This document shows positions 12,064 through 23,341 of a stretch of 64,000 nucleotides of DNA, piece after piece. Made by a program: the position numbers and the translations under genes. How positions within the stretch are numbered: the stretch's first letter is position 1; each line of letters opens with the position of its first letter. Source of the DNA: Hydrolagus colliei (lineage: Eukaryota); the NCBI GenBank assembly GCA_035084275.1, contig CM068743.1:18600001-18664000 (forward strand). Direction: 5' to 3'. The notes below the pieces were generated by a model, which searched no databases, was not told the origin of the DNA, and saw nothing but the letters and a program-made list of their open reading frames with translations.

Positions 12064-12760
12064 GTAGTTTTGTTTTAGATGTCTATTGAAAGGGTAATGA
12101 AGGGTAATAAAATATTGAGGGATTTCAGAATTGTCCTCTTTGCCAAAAAAAATTGTGGACATTCAGAGCTTAAAATTGTTTGCAACTGTGTCTGGTTTTA
12201 AGTTATATTGCGATCCTGGGGCTGACATCAGTGTTCAGATGCTGATGAATCGTGTGAAAATCCTGGTCTCTCCTTTGTAACTTGCCACATTTCTTGTCTG
12301 TAACCTCCTCTTGTGTATCTGTGTCCTCTCCAGCAGTTAAATCCTTTTACTGGTAACTCTACTATTGTACCGTTTCCTGTTCGTTTTCCCATGTAGAGTT
12401 TGTGTGTATAAATGGAATGGCTGAGATAACCTGTGCTGAACAATCTTCAGAACTAACGACTGAATGGTTATGTGTCCAGGGAATGAATTATGATGTGAAT
12501 CATTGTTTGATTCGTTTTTTTCCCCAATCTTGCCTTTTAGCATGGTTTTCCTAACACATCATAATCTTTTTTTTATTTTCTTTCCATCTTTATATGTTGT
12601 GGGTTTCACCAGGTCCTTTAATCTTCCACGATGCTCACCAGGATAATTAGGTTCTACACTGTTAATTCTTTGTCTCTCTGGGACTGTTCTGACAGACCCC
12701 AGGATTGAAATTGTTGCTGGCTTTCTGATAAACTTTGTCTCCCGCCATCTTTGTTTGCAG

Positions 12761-13252
12761 GCTAATGGAAGTGCTAAGAAAGCTGGTGGGGAGAGTAAGG
12801 CTACTTCCCCTACTTTACCTGCTTCTAAGATCCCAGCCCTTTCTCCCGGCTCTGGGAAAACTAGCTCTATGTCTGGTCCTAGCGGTGACACTAACCCTCC
12901 TAGTAACCCTAATAAATACGCCCTTCCTGCTACTAATTTTACTCCAGCTGCCGGGCGCTCCACTACACTTTCACCTGTGTCTCACATCCCCTCCGCATCT
13001 AATGGCAACCTGAAACTTCATACTCAGAACCCTCCATTAACAGGCAAATCTCAGCATCCTTCCCTCCCACTACATGTGCCAAATGGCAGATCCTCTTCCT
13101 CATCCTCTTCCCCCTCCCTGGTTTCTCCCACCTCATTAATTCAAGGTGTGAAGAGCATCAGGACAATCCATACCGCTAGCTTCGCAAGCTACAAGCAACA
13201 GAACAGCAGCCAGAGTAAGCCCAGTGCGGCCACTCTCAAAGAAACGACATAG
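12761..13252 (+). CDS. KIAA1217: KIAA1217 last coding exon, ANGSAKKAGG...TLKETT*
   Basis: ttgcag|GCT AAT GGA, stop TAG at 13250-13252. PASKIPALSP and RTIHT motifs match the SKT C-terminus. Confidence 0.95.
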   Translation, partial: ANGSAKKAGGESKATSPTLPASKIPALSPGSGKTSSMSGPSGDTNPPSNPNKYALPATNFTPAAGRSTTLSPVSHIPSASNGNLKLHTQNPPLTGKSQHPSLPLHVPNGRSSSSSSSPSLVSPTSLIQGVKSIRTIHTASFASYKQQNSSQSKPSAATLKETT

Positions 13253-14761
13253 AGGCAGCACTATGAACGCATCATTATTAACCACATCATTTATTCTCTG
13301 ATTTGCAATAGAAAGCTGTTAATGATTATATATTGGTACAGTCTTTACAAAGTATTGCATTAAAATGTAACCAGAATTAGAAAATCTGTGTGTCAGCCTG
13401 CAAACACTGACTTACTTTTGCAGTGTGTGGGGAAATGTGAAGTCCACTCGCAGTGTTTCTCTTGTAAATATATGTCCCAAATTAACCAGGCCTAAAATCA
13501 GGGGGTGCTATGAACGAATTCAGGGTGAGATATAAAGAGAGTAATAGCAAAGACATTCACCTAACAAGTTATTTTCAAACGCATTGTTTTGTATACAGAG
13601 TATTTTTTCACGATGCGCAGATGATATTGAGTTAACTATTGTAAAGTTTGAATAATGAGCACTGTGGGATGATAAAGTGAGCTGAAGTAAATTGAGCATA
13701 AATTATTGCATACCTACACATTGCTGCATGAAACGATCTCCAGCACCGGATGAGGGATGAATTTAGAAACCAGAGCAGGTCGAAAGAACAGGAACTGGGA
13801 TGACTGCAGCAACGCAAATATTTTTTGCACTGAATAAATTTATTCAGCACACTGCTTCAGCTTTTCACCTTGCTAGAATATAAACAGGAACATGGGACAA
13901 ACACTTTATTTAATGGCTAAAATGTTAACCACAGTGCATATCAATCTAGGTTAAAGGCAGCCACGGGGTGAGGAATTGTATGTATGTGTTAAGTATATTT
14001 TCCACTATTTACAGCCAAACATATTCTGTTGAATCCAGACATAAACTAAGCAAATCTGCTGTTTTGTTTTTAAATTTCTATTGCTGGCAGTTCAACAAAT
14101 ATTATCCAATGTTCCACAAAATGAAAAGGAACAATAGAATGCGGATTAAATCTCTGGTTTCGAACCAGTGACTAAAAGCCTTGTGGTGTAGATATACTGT
14201 CTGCTGTACTGCCTAACAAAATGCATAATGGTTTTTGGAGTGAGGTGAACAACTGTTTCATATTTTGCTTTTTTTTTATATATAGGTGGCATTTCTTTCT
14301 AATTGCTCCAAAGCTGTGGTTTTGTACTTTCAACCAATGGTTATTCTTTAAAATCCTTTTTTTTTGAAAAGCACCTGGATTTTTTGCCTTTTTCATGCTT
14401 TTTTTTGGCCAGTTTTTATCGTAGTTGCTTATCGAGATTTGTTAACCCATATTAAGAAACTTGTAACACTGGCAAGCGCGTGTTTTGTGAGTGTGTGTGT
14501 GTAAAAAAAAAACTATAAATATATACACATATCTGCTTATAAATCTGCAGGGATGCGTAGTTTCCAAGATAGCACCAAAGTTTGTTTCCTTGCATGCCTT
14601 TTTATTATAAGATATATTATTTTAAGTAACAGATGGGTATAAGATGGGGCATGTTTGCACATCCAGAGGTTTTTTGTACATAGTTTTGTTTTTTGTAAAG
14701 CAATCTGTAAAATATGGCATTGTGGTGAGCTGCAAACTCTAGCATTGTGAAGAAGCAATGA

Positions 14762-14767
14762 AATAAA
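14762..14767 (+). terminator. Probable KIAA1217 distal polyadenylation signal AATAAA
   Basis: AATAAA at the end of a repeat-free AU-rich 3'UTR-like stretch (13253-14790), followed by GT-rich sequence and then repeats. A proximal AATAAA lies at 13833-13838. Confidence 0.6.
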
Positions 14768-14894
14768 GGCCGCATGCTTGTAACCTCAGTTTGTTGTCTC
14801 TAGAGTATAATTAAGTTAAGGTGGTTTATATTAAGTGGTCATCAAACATCGATCTTACACTGTGAACACTTTGCAGAACTTTGCAAAAAGCATA

Positions 14895-15275
14895 TCAGCT
14901 CATTCGCCTTCTGAGTCAGAAGGTTGTAGGTTCAAGCTGCACTTCGGGAATTTGAATCACATGGTCTTAAGATGACACTCCAATGCTGAGCTGGGGATTT
15001 GTTACATTGTTGGAGGTGCCATCCTTCAGGTGAGATGCTAAACTCCTCTTTTTGAATAGTGCCATGGAATTCACAACAGCCTCTTTAGATGGATGCTAAA
15101 AGATCCTATGGCGACCGTTAGAAAAGAGAACAGAGTTTCTCCTGGTGTCCTGGCCAACATTACCCCAAATAGAATTGGTCATTTACTCCATGGCTATCTG
15201 TCAAACATTGCAGTGTGCAAACTGGCTGCCACAGAAAATGCAGTCAATCCACTTTACAGTAAATCCTGCGAAGCA
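14895..15275 (+). mobile_element. Older DeuSINE (SacSINE1-like)
   Basis: cgccttctgagtcagaaggttgtaggttcaag...ggaggtgcc...aaagatcctatggc...ggtgtcctggccaac resembles the recalled shark DeuSINE consensus. Confidence 0.65.
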
Positions 15276-15279
15276 CCAT

Positions 15280-16035
15280 TATACTGCTGACCACTCTATT
15301 CTAATCCACTGTCTTGCCTCTCACCTCAACCTTCTTGGTTCTGTCCTACTTCTCACACCATCTCCGCTTCATCTCCACAGACGTTTCTCCTCTAGCCCCC
15401 ACACCATCTCATGCGGCATTCCTCAGGGCTCTGTCCTTGGTCCCCTCCTCTTCAATATCTACACATTCCGTCTTGGTAACATCATCTGCAGACATGTGGA
15501 CATGTCAAACACATATACATGTATGAGAATGATACCCACAAGCTGCAGATCATCCAGGACTGTCGCTTGTATTCTTTCCCACAGCAGGCTGTGAGACGCC
15601 ATCAGCCCCATTCTCATCCGACTCCATGGCTTCCCATCACGCAATGGATAGAGTTCAAAATCCTCTTCCACGCTTTCAAGGCCCTACACAACCTTGCTCC
15701 CCACCACCTCCCTTTTCTGTGACCTGCTGACCCCATAACAACCTGTGCGCTCCCACCGCTCAGCAGGCCTGCTCCCCATCTCCATTGGTGGTCGGGCCTT
15801 CAGCCTCTCTGCCCCCACCCTATGGAACTCCATTTCACATTGCCTTCGCCTCGAACCCTCCCTCTCCCTCTTCAAGGCACATCTGAAAACCATCTTCAAC
15901 CGAGCCTTTGGCCACCCTCCTACCCTCCCCAATCCCGAGCACCCCCCCACCCCCCCCAGCTCAAGTCCAAATCCCCGACGGTCTTGTGTATTTGGATGTC
16001 CTCCCAACATGAAAGGCATTATACAAATGTAATTT
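15280..16035 (+). mobile_element. L2 LINE 3' fragment with degenerate RT
   Basis: Translates to CGIPQGSVLGPLLFNIY and WLPITQWIEFKILF, with an L2 tail and frameshifts. Confidence 0.85.
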
Positions 16036-17249
16036 TCTATTGTATTATCACATGCAAAGATTATTACATTATTATCAGATGATTGAGTCCACCATCTGTG
16101 CTTTCAGCCATAATCCCCTAACTTTCTTGAAATCCCTACCTCAATCCCTCTTCCTTGATGCCTCTTTGCCTGTTTTCAGATCACAAGTGAAGGCTTTTTT
16201 CTTCGACCATGCCTTTGGTCACTTCCACTTTCTCCCTACTCAATGCCAATCTACGCCATTGTTAAGTGCTTCAAAACGCAAACCCACGTAAAGGGTGCTA
16301 CTGTATGTAAATGCAAGGTTTTGTTCAGTGCGAGTTGTCACTCATTGCAGCCATTAAAGTGACAGTGTATTGGGATTTTCTGGTGGCTTTACTTCCTGCA
16401 TTAGCCAGCTCCACAAATCGCTTAGTTCTCATTTTCAATGTGGAGTATTCGGAATCTCTGCTAGGGAAACTGTATCAAGTGGATACTTTTATTTATAGTT
16501 TGGCGGACTCCGAGAAGCAGGTTGGGCTCCCCGCAGTCAGGATACTGATGAGCCATGCTATGTTCAGAGGATTTCCAGAAGTAGTGCGGGACAGAAACTC
16601 ACCACTGTGTTGTTTCTCACTCCGCGCTCCCCATGTGGGCCACTCAGGTTTTGTTAAGCAACAAGTGTTGTTTCTTCAGGTTTAATTTTTATCAATAAAA
16701 TGAACAAATGAATGTAGGTTGGCAGTAAAGTGACACATTTCGAATCCCCCTCCATTTTTTCACGAAACAAGGTTAAATATCCCAACAATGTTTGGCAAAT
16801 AGTTCGTCAATTTTCTATTTGGCCTGGCGATAGGAAGGTGTGAGAAGGAAAGAAGAGAGAGCGAAGAAGGAGATTGCTTCAGCTTTATGACAAGCATTTG
16901 CCGTTTGTATTTATGTATAATACAGTATATATTTTGCATAATGCAGGCATCGCCTACAATGCTTTTTGACTTCACCAGTAACTAACTCTGGAAGTGGAAA
17001 CTCATTTTCAAAACTGGAACCAGTGAACTCAGGTTAACCATGGATCAGGCCAGATTGAATAATTTGACCAGGCAATCGAGTGTGACTTGTTTAACCGGCT
17101 GGATTTCAATGCCATCACTGAAGACCTTTCGACCCTTAAGCGTAGGAAGAAACTGATTTAATAGCTGTTCAAATGTAAAGTGCTTTTATGATTTTATCTT
17201 CAACATCACTAAATGTACTATTACTACCAGTTTGTGCTGAAATTAACAG

Positions 17250-17400
17250 AACGTAAAATACTGGAATGCTGGAAATCTGAAACCAAAACAGAAGTCGCTG
17301 GGGACATTCAGCAGGTCAGGCAGCATCAATGGAGAAAGTGAGTCAATGTTTCGGGTCCACGATTCTTCATCAGAACTGGGGCATATTGGGAGAGAGAGGC
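17250..17400 (-). mobile_element. Penelope-like retroelement terminal fragment
   Basis: gctggaaatctgaa...cagcaggtcaggcagcatc...tttcgggtc resembles the recalled chondrichthyan Penelope-like end. An inverted remnant lies at ~18248-18290. Confidence 0.45.
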
Positions 17401-17543
17401 AGTTAAGGATTAACAGAGGGGGTGGAAGCAGAGCAAGGAAGACAATGGAGTAGAGGACAGGGGATGATTAGTTAACGAGGTTAATGATGCAAAACAAAGG
17501 GGGAAAAGATGTGTCAATAATGCCAACACGGGGGTGGGGTGGG

Positions 17544-18224
17544 CAGAGCTGCCAACCAGTAAGTTTTTGCCGTATTTAGTATGATAAATTGCAGTAAATA
17601 CGGCAGTACGATTTTTCTTGTTAAAATAAGTTTTTTGGAAAATCCGAATTTTGGAAATTCCATGCTGTCTGTCTGTCTCTCCTTCTCTCTGTCTCAGTCT
17701 CCCTCTGTGTGTGTGTCTCTCTCTCTCTGTCTCTTTCCCTCTCTCTTTCCGTGTCTCTTTCCCTCTCTCTGTCTGTCTGGGTCACTCTCTCTCTTTCTCT
17801 CTCTCTCTCTGTGTCTCTCTCTCTCTCTGTTTGAGTCTCTGGCTGTCCCAATCTCACTCACAGTCTCTCTCTGTCTCTGTCTCAGTCTCTTTCTCTCTAA
17901 CTCTCTCTCTCTGCCTTCAATAACAGTGCTACCTGCCTTCTGCCATCGCTGATACACTGTAAATGTTAGCGCGAGGCTGGGTGCAAGGCATTACTGGAAA
18001 TTATTTTTTTCATATACGGAAACACAGTAGGGACCTCCCTCTTAACGCAATTTTTGCCACACACGGGGTTTTGAAGTCCCATTTTACTTGGCATCTTTTC
18101 TCGCTGTAATTTTTTCGTTAAGTACCGGTAGGTTCTGGAGAAAATACTTTTTTTTAACTACAAAATACTGTTTTTAGCTTTCAGGAGTACTTTTTTTTGT
18201 TAAAAAAACAGGTTGTCAGCTATG
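17544..18224. mobile_element. Non-autonomous hAT-like DNA transposon containing a CT-rich microsatellite (17665-17912)
   Basis: TIRs cagagctgccaacc / ggttgtcagctatg (12 of 14 match). TSD not clean. Confidence 0.55.
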
Positions 18225-18314
18225 GGCGGGCTAGGAGAATGAATTGTCCACCTGACCTGATATGTTCCCAGCGACAGGTTTGTTTTTCTGATGAAATTAA
18301 TATTTGTTCATTTT

Positions 18315-18495
18315 AAGCTCTGGAACTCCCATCCCCAGTCCCTTCGCCTCACCCCCTCTCTTCCTAGTTTCAGCTGAAGCCCATTCTTTTCGACCGCACC
18401 TTCGCCTATGGCTCGGGCCCAGGATCCATTATTGTGAAGCGCTCTGAGACGCCGTCCAGAGTGGGGGAGCGCTATATAAATCAAAATTGTTGTTT
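18315..18495 (+). mobile_element. L2 LINE 3' tail
   Basis: ctctggaactcc...gcgctatataaatcaaaattgttgtt. Confidence 0.7.
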
Positions 18496-19529
18496 AACAT
18501 TGATTCAGCTTTACAAGTTGTTACATCATATTAAAAAATGGAACTGAAACAACCAAGGTAAAGTAGCAATAGTGTTTGGCCTCACTGCAGGCTAGGGTGG
18601 TGGTAAAACAGTAATAGGATGGTTCATGGAAAGAGGGTGCCCCAAACTACAATAGTCCTAGGCCCCCTGTCAAGTTTAATCCAGCTCTAGGAACAAGGGA
18701 TTTTCAGAAGATCTGAGCCATCTGAGTGAAACTAATGAGCCACTGTAAAGCTCTCTGAGACACTGCCTGGTGTAGAGGACGCTATATAAATGCAAGTTGG
18801 TGTTGTTGTAGCATTGGACTGTGAGTAGATCAGAGGTAGCGAGGTGCTAAACATGAAGAGATTTGAAAGTGAGAGTGAGGGATCTTGAAATCAATCCATT
18901 CGAGAACATGGAAGCAGTGGAACCCAGTGAGAACTGAGATGATGAGGATGTAGAGCCTGATATGTATATAATGGTATGATGGTATAACCTCCACTGGAGG
19001 TTTCACTGTAGGCTGGGCTTGATGCAGAAAAACATATCACTACTTATTAACTGGCTGTAGAATTCTGCCTTTGCAGGAGTGTGGAGGCTGTTAATCATTT
19101 GTAGATTAAGCATTGGTAGTATCAAGTTGAAACATTGACGGGAGATAAAGCTGAACTCTAGCAGAGGTGTTAAAAGATTAGCATTTACTTTCAAGTACCT
19201 CTGAATTCTTGCCAATCTTCCTTAAAGTGATTGGAAAGGTGCAGAAATCAATCGATCGATCGATAATCAATCAATCAATCAATCAAAACTTACATTTATA
19301 TAGCACCTTTCATGTCAAGAGGACAGCCCAAGGACGATTTCATGACGATTTCAGGATGATTTCAAGTAATGTGTTTAACAATGGTGCCCAACCTTTATTA
19401 GCTTATTCCACCCTCAAATGTAGTCAATTCATTTTAAGTATATTCTGTGAAGCGCTTTGGGATGCCGAGAAGATGTGAAAAGCATATATCAAATGCAAGG
19501 ATTATTATTATTATTATTATGGGCAGTTG

Positions 19530-21494
19530 ACAAAATAAATTTTATTGATTGGATTTGTCTTCATCGCTCCCGGTCTCTGTGTGCACATTTTGGCTACTAA
19601 CCCGATGCGAGCCTCCCCCACAACCATAAATGTCTCTCCTCCCAACCTCCTCCATCTGCTACTCTCACTCTGTCCTTCTCTCCCACCATCCCCCCACCCC
19701 CCCTTCTCTCTCTCCTGGTCCCCATCACCACTTCTCTCTGCTCCAGTCTGGGCATCCTCTGGCAGACCCATCATGGCTCCAGGCACTGGCTGTCCCAGAG
19801 CAACAACCCCAACTGTCCCATTATTCTTTGTCACATGCGAAAACAGCCTTCTACTCCGACATCATTCTGGAGGGCCAAAAACAACTCTTAAAGTCCCTTT
19901 ATCCACCACCCACTCCATGTGCTCCCTCAAGTATCGTCAATTTTACATCCAATGTCAAGTGCAAGGAGGTCATGGACTTCCTTACCACCAAAATAAATAA
20001 CTTTCGTCTGGCAGCCTCCTCTTCCTGCCTCCAGTTGCCCACCATCACCCACTTTCCATCCCCCTCACCCTCCCGGTCATCAGCTTCTATCACGACCCCA
20101 TCCTATATTCTTTCTTCCCCATCTCTCCTTCCTCCCTCTCATCTACCTTCACCACTACGAAACCCGCCACCTGCTGCCTCCACCTTTCACATCAACGTGC
20201 TGATCACTGAGCTCCCACTCCTCTGCCCACTGCTGGCAGACATAATAAATCAGTCCCTCTCCTCAGGATCAGTCACTGCCCCCTTCAAAACCGCTGTCAT
20301 CACCCCCACTCCTTAAAAAAAACCTACCCTTGATCTTGTTTGTGAAAGTCAAACGATATCCTCTCTATCTTGTGACCAGGACTTCCTCTACCTCCTTATC
20401 CACCTTGACCTCTCTGCTGCCTTCGACAGTTGATCATACTATCCTACTCCACCGCCTGTCCTATGTCATCCACCTCAGTGGGACCGCACTCACCTGGTTC
20501 AAGTCCTACCTCACTAACCACCAGCAGTACATCTCTACTAACAGCTTTTCCTCCCTCTTTTGTCCGGTTATCTGCGGGGTACCCCAAGGATCCATTGGCC
20601 CCCCTTCTCTTCCTTATCAACATGCTCCCTCTTGGTGATGTCATCCGCAGACATGTGGTACACTCTACTTTTTCACCTCAATTTGCAGCCCCCTGATGTT
20701 CTCTCAGTCTGTCAGACATCAAGAGCTGGATGAATGCAAATTTCCTTCAGCTCAATGTTGACAAGACGGAAGCCATACTCTTTGGCTCTCGTTGACGTCT
20801 TCAATCCCACGGTTCTCACATCCTCCACCTACCCGACCTGCCCTTAAAACTCTCCAAACCAGTAAGCAAATTAGGTGTCAGGTTCGACCCCAAATTATCA
20901 GCATCGCTTTCCACCATTTCTGCCAATATTTCACCCCAAAAGCTGCCAAAACCCTGGTCCATACCTTTGTCACCTATCGGCTGGACTATTCCAATGCGCT
21001 ACTCGCCAGTCTACCCTCCATCACCATTCATAAAATCTAGGTTATTACAAATTCCGCCGCCCACATTCTCACTCTGATCAAACTTTGCTTCCCGATTACC
21101 CCAGTCCTTGCCAGACTTCACTGGCTCCGTCTCGGAGCACATCGATTTCAACATCCTCACCCTTCTTTTCAAATCCTTCCACTCCTCTGCACCCCCCCGC
21201 CCCCACCTCTTTCCTCACAACAGTACCTGTTGCCTTCACTCTACCGGGTCTGGCATCCTCCTTGTTCCCCAAATCTTCAGTTCCATTCAGAAACTACGCC
21301 CCAAGGCTCTGGAACTCTCTTCCTCATTCTCTTTGCCTCACCTCCTCATTTCCTATTTTCAGGAAGTGCCTAAAGACTTTTGCCTTTTGGCACCTTTTTC
21401 CCCCTCCCCCAAGCTTGGCTCTGGAATCTGTTATTGTGAAGTGCTTGAGACACTGTCTGGTGTGGAGGGCGTTATATAAATCCAAGTTGTTGTT
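19530..21494 (+). mobile_element. L2 LINE, ~2 kb 5'-truncated, pseudogenized ORF2 (RT)
   Basis: Frames give LADIINQSLSSGSVTAPFKTAVITP, TVDHTILLHRL...ALTWFKSYL...GVPQGS, TFVTYRLDYSNALL, then an L2 tail ending (ttg)n. Confidence 0.9.
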
Positions 21495-21790
21495 ATATTT
21501 TCAGTTCTCAAATGGGCTATCTAATATTAATTCATAAAATGGTGGTGTATTTCGGGTCTTTTTGTGGTGAAGTCAAAATGCACCCTGAAAAGTGATTCTG
21601 TAAGGATGAGATCAAACTGGATAAGATGGTGTCTTCATCCAAACTTCTTGTTTTTATAGTTTTATATTACAACCCATTTGTTTCATGCAATACCTTGTTT
21701 ATCACTGTCCAACCTGGAACAAAATGCTCTAAAAATCTGAATATCCCAAAACATAGGTGTGTTTTAAAATACTTAATTGATGTCATTTAT

Positions 21791-22092
21791 GGAGTCCTGT
21801 AGCTCAGTGGTTAGAGCACTCACTTTACAAGAGAAAAACCTGAGTTCAATTCCAGGCTGGGAAAAACCTTGGGCAAGTTGCCTTACTCAACACGCCTAAT
21901 AATAATCCCTAAAAAAATAATAAATTGGTCATTTCAATCCACTCCTGTTTGTGGGACACTGCTGTGCATAATTGGCTGCCGCGTTTTGCCCACATATATA
22001 GTTAATTCACTTTACAGTATATTCTGTGAAACGCTTTGGGATGTCTATAAAATGTGAAGAACTATATCAAATGCAAGAACTATTATTATTAA
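21791..22092 (+). mobile_element. Deu-type tRNA SINE, preceded by a duplicated ~300-bp leader
   Basis: Full head, body and (tta)n tail. Confidence 0.85.
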
Positions 22093-22390
22093 TACAAAAA
22101 GAGTAAGAATTAGTCATTTCCCAATGATATTGGGGCCTATATCCTCAAGTTCCTTAAACTAACTGGATGATCTGATCTCCTCAAATAAGAAAAAGGAGTA
22201 AAAGAGAGACCACCCTGCGCTTATCCCCCCCCCCCACTCCCCCCCACCCCCCACATACACACAGGAGCGATCATACACACACTATAGCAGGTGAATCTAG
22301 TAAAATAAGTTCTACACACATGCAACGTGCACTGTAGCAGTACAGACGATTTACTGCCAAAAAGCAGACCAAGATCCACAGAAACAGAAT

Positions 22391-22396
22391 TTTATT
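22391..22396 (-). terminator. Probable ARHGAP21 polyadenylation signal AATAAA
   Basis: tttatt on + strand about 950 nt past the stop codon, at the end of a UTR-like stretch that includes a (CA)n run. Confidence 0.6.
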
Positions 22397-22621
22397 TCCA
22401 GTGTTTCCAGGGGACATTTACAAACCATTTGCCTATATCTGTACACAGGCTAAATACAATGTGAAGTCTGAGAAAACAGTTCTCATGCACAATTACATTT
22501 CTCGTCCGAGAAGGTGAAAAATGTGAAAGGGACCAGTTCTTCAGAGACCACTATCTACATGCCTATGTTACAATGCTTTCATCAAATCTCAAATTTGAAA
22601 AAAAGCTTCCATGAAATATAT

Positions 22622-22658
<37 letters not shown>

Positions 22659-23341
22659 CACGCATACATTTAAGTTAAGTATCTTTACAGAAACTTTAAA
22701 AATTCAAATCCATACAAAGACTGTATTAAAACTCTGTCTTTAAAAAAATGTTCATAAGATCCAACTGGAATGCCAAAAGTATGGAAGCTCTGTATTTGTT
22801 CAGTTAATACAATCTGGAAAAATTAAATGAATTTATGTTTTGTTATAGATAAAACTCATTTTGTTCACAGTAGATTTCTAGTCTTTTGAACTAAAAAGAC
22901 AATATGGCACTCTATCTAACCCAAAACATTTTGAGATGAGGCACTTTCTTTAGCAACTGAATTAGGTTCCAATACACATTTTTGTTCACTATTACAAGCT
23001 GAAGGACAATGTATGGATGCAGCGGTGTCCAATAATAGAACATTTAAGATGTATGCATATATCCAATCGTACAGAGTAAGTAGTACACAGAATGTCGCAT
23101 CAGAAAGAATTTCATAAATACAAAAGTTACAGTCCTTCAGGCTGATGTTGTGCACTGTGGAGAGCTTCCATGATGCCCAGCACAGAAACCAGCCTGTATT
23201 ATAGGCTGAGCAGCAGAACATCAACAGTTTTCAAAATTCAAGTAAATAGAAATATATACAGAAGGATGTATCATTTAACAAAAAAAGTATCTTACTATAT
23301 ACAATTTTCTACCGCACTAGAGACATAAATAGGTTGCAAAC

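Noticed and set aside
17581-17957. SL-rich and RE-rich ORFs
   Set aside because: (CT)n/(GA)n microsatellite translations.
19630-21537. RT-like ORFs as a domesticated or novel reverse-transcriptase system
   Set aside because: Frameshifted, 5'-truncated L2 copy. The CR1 ORFs at 31069 and 63459 are likewise fragments.
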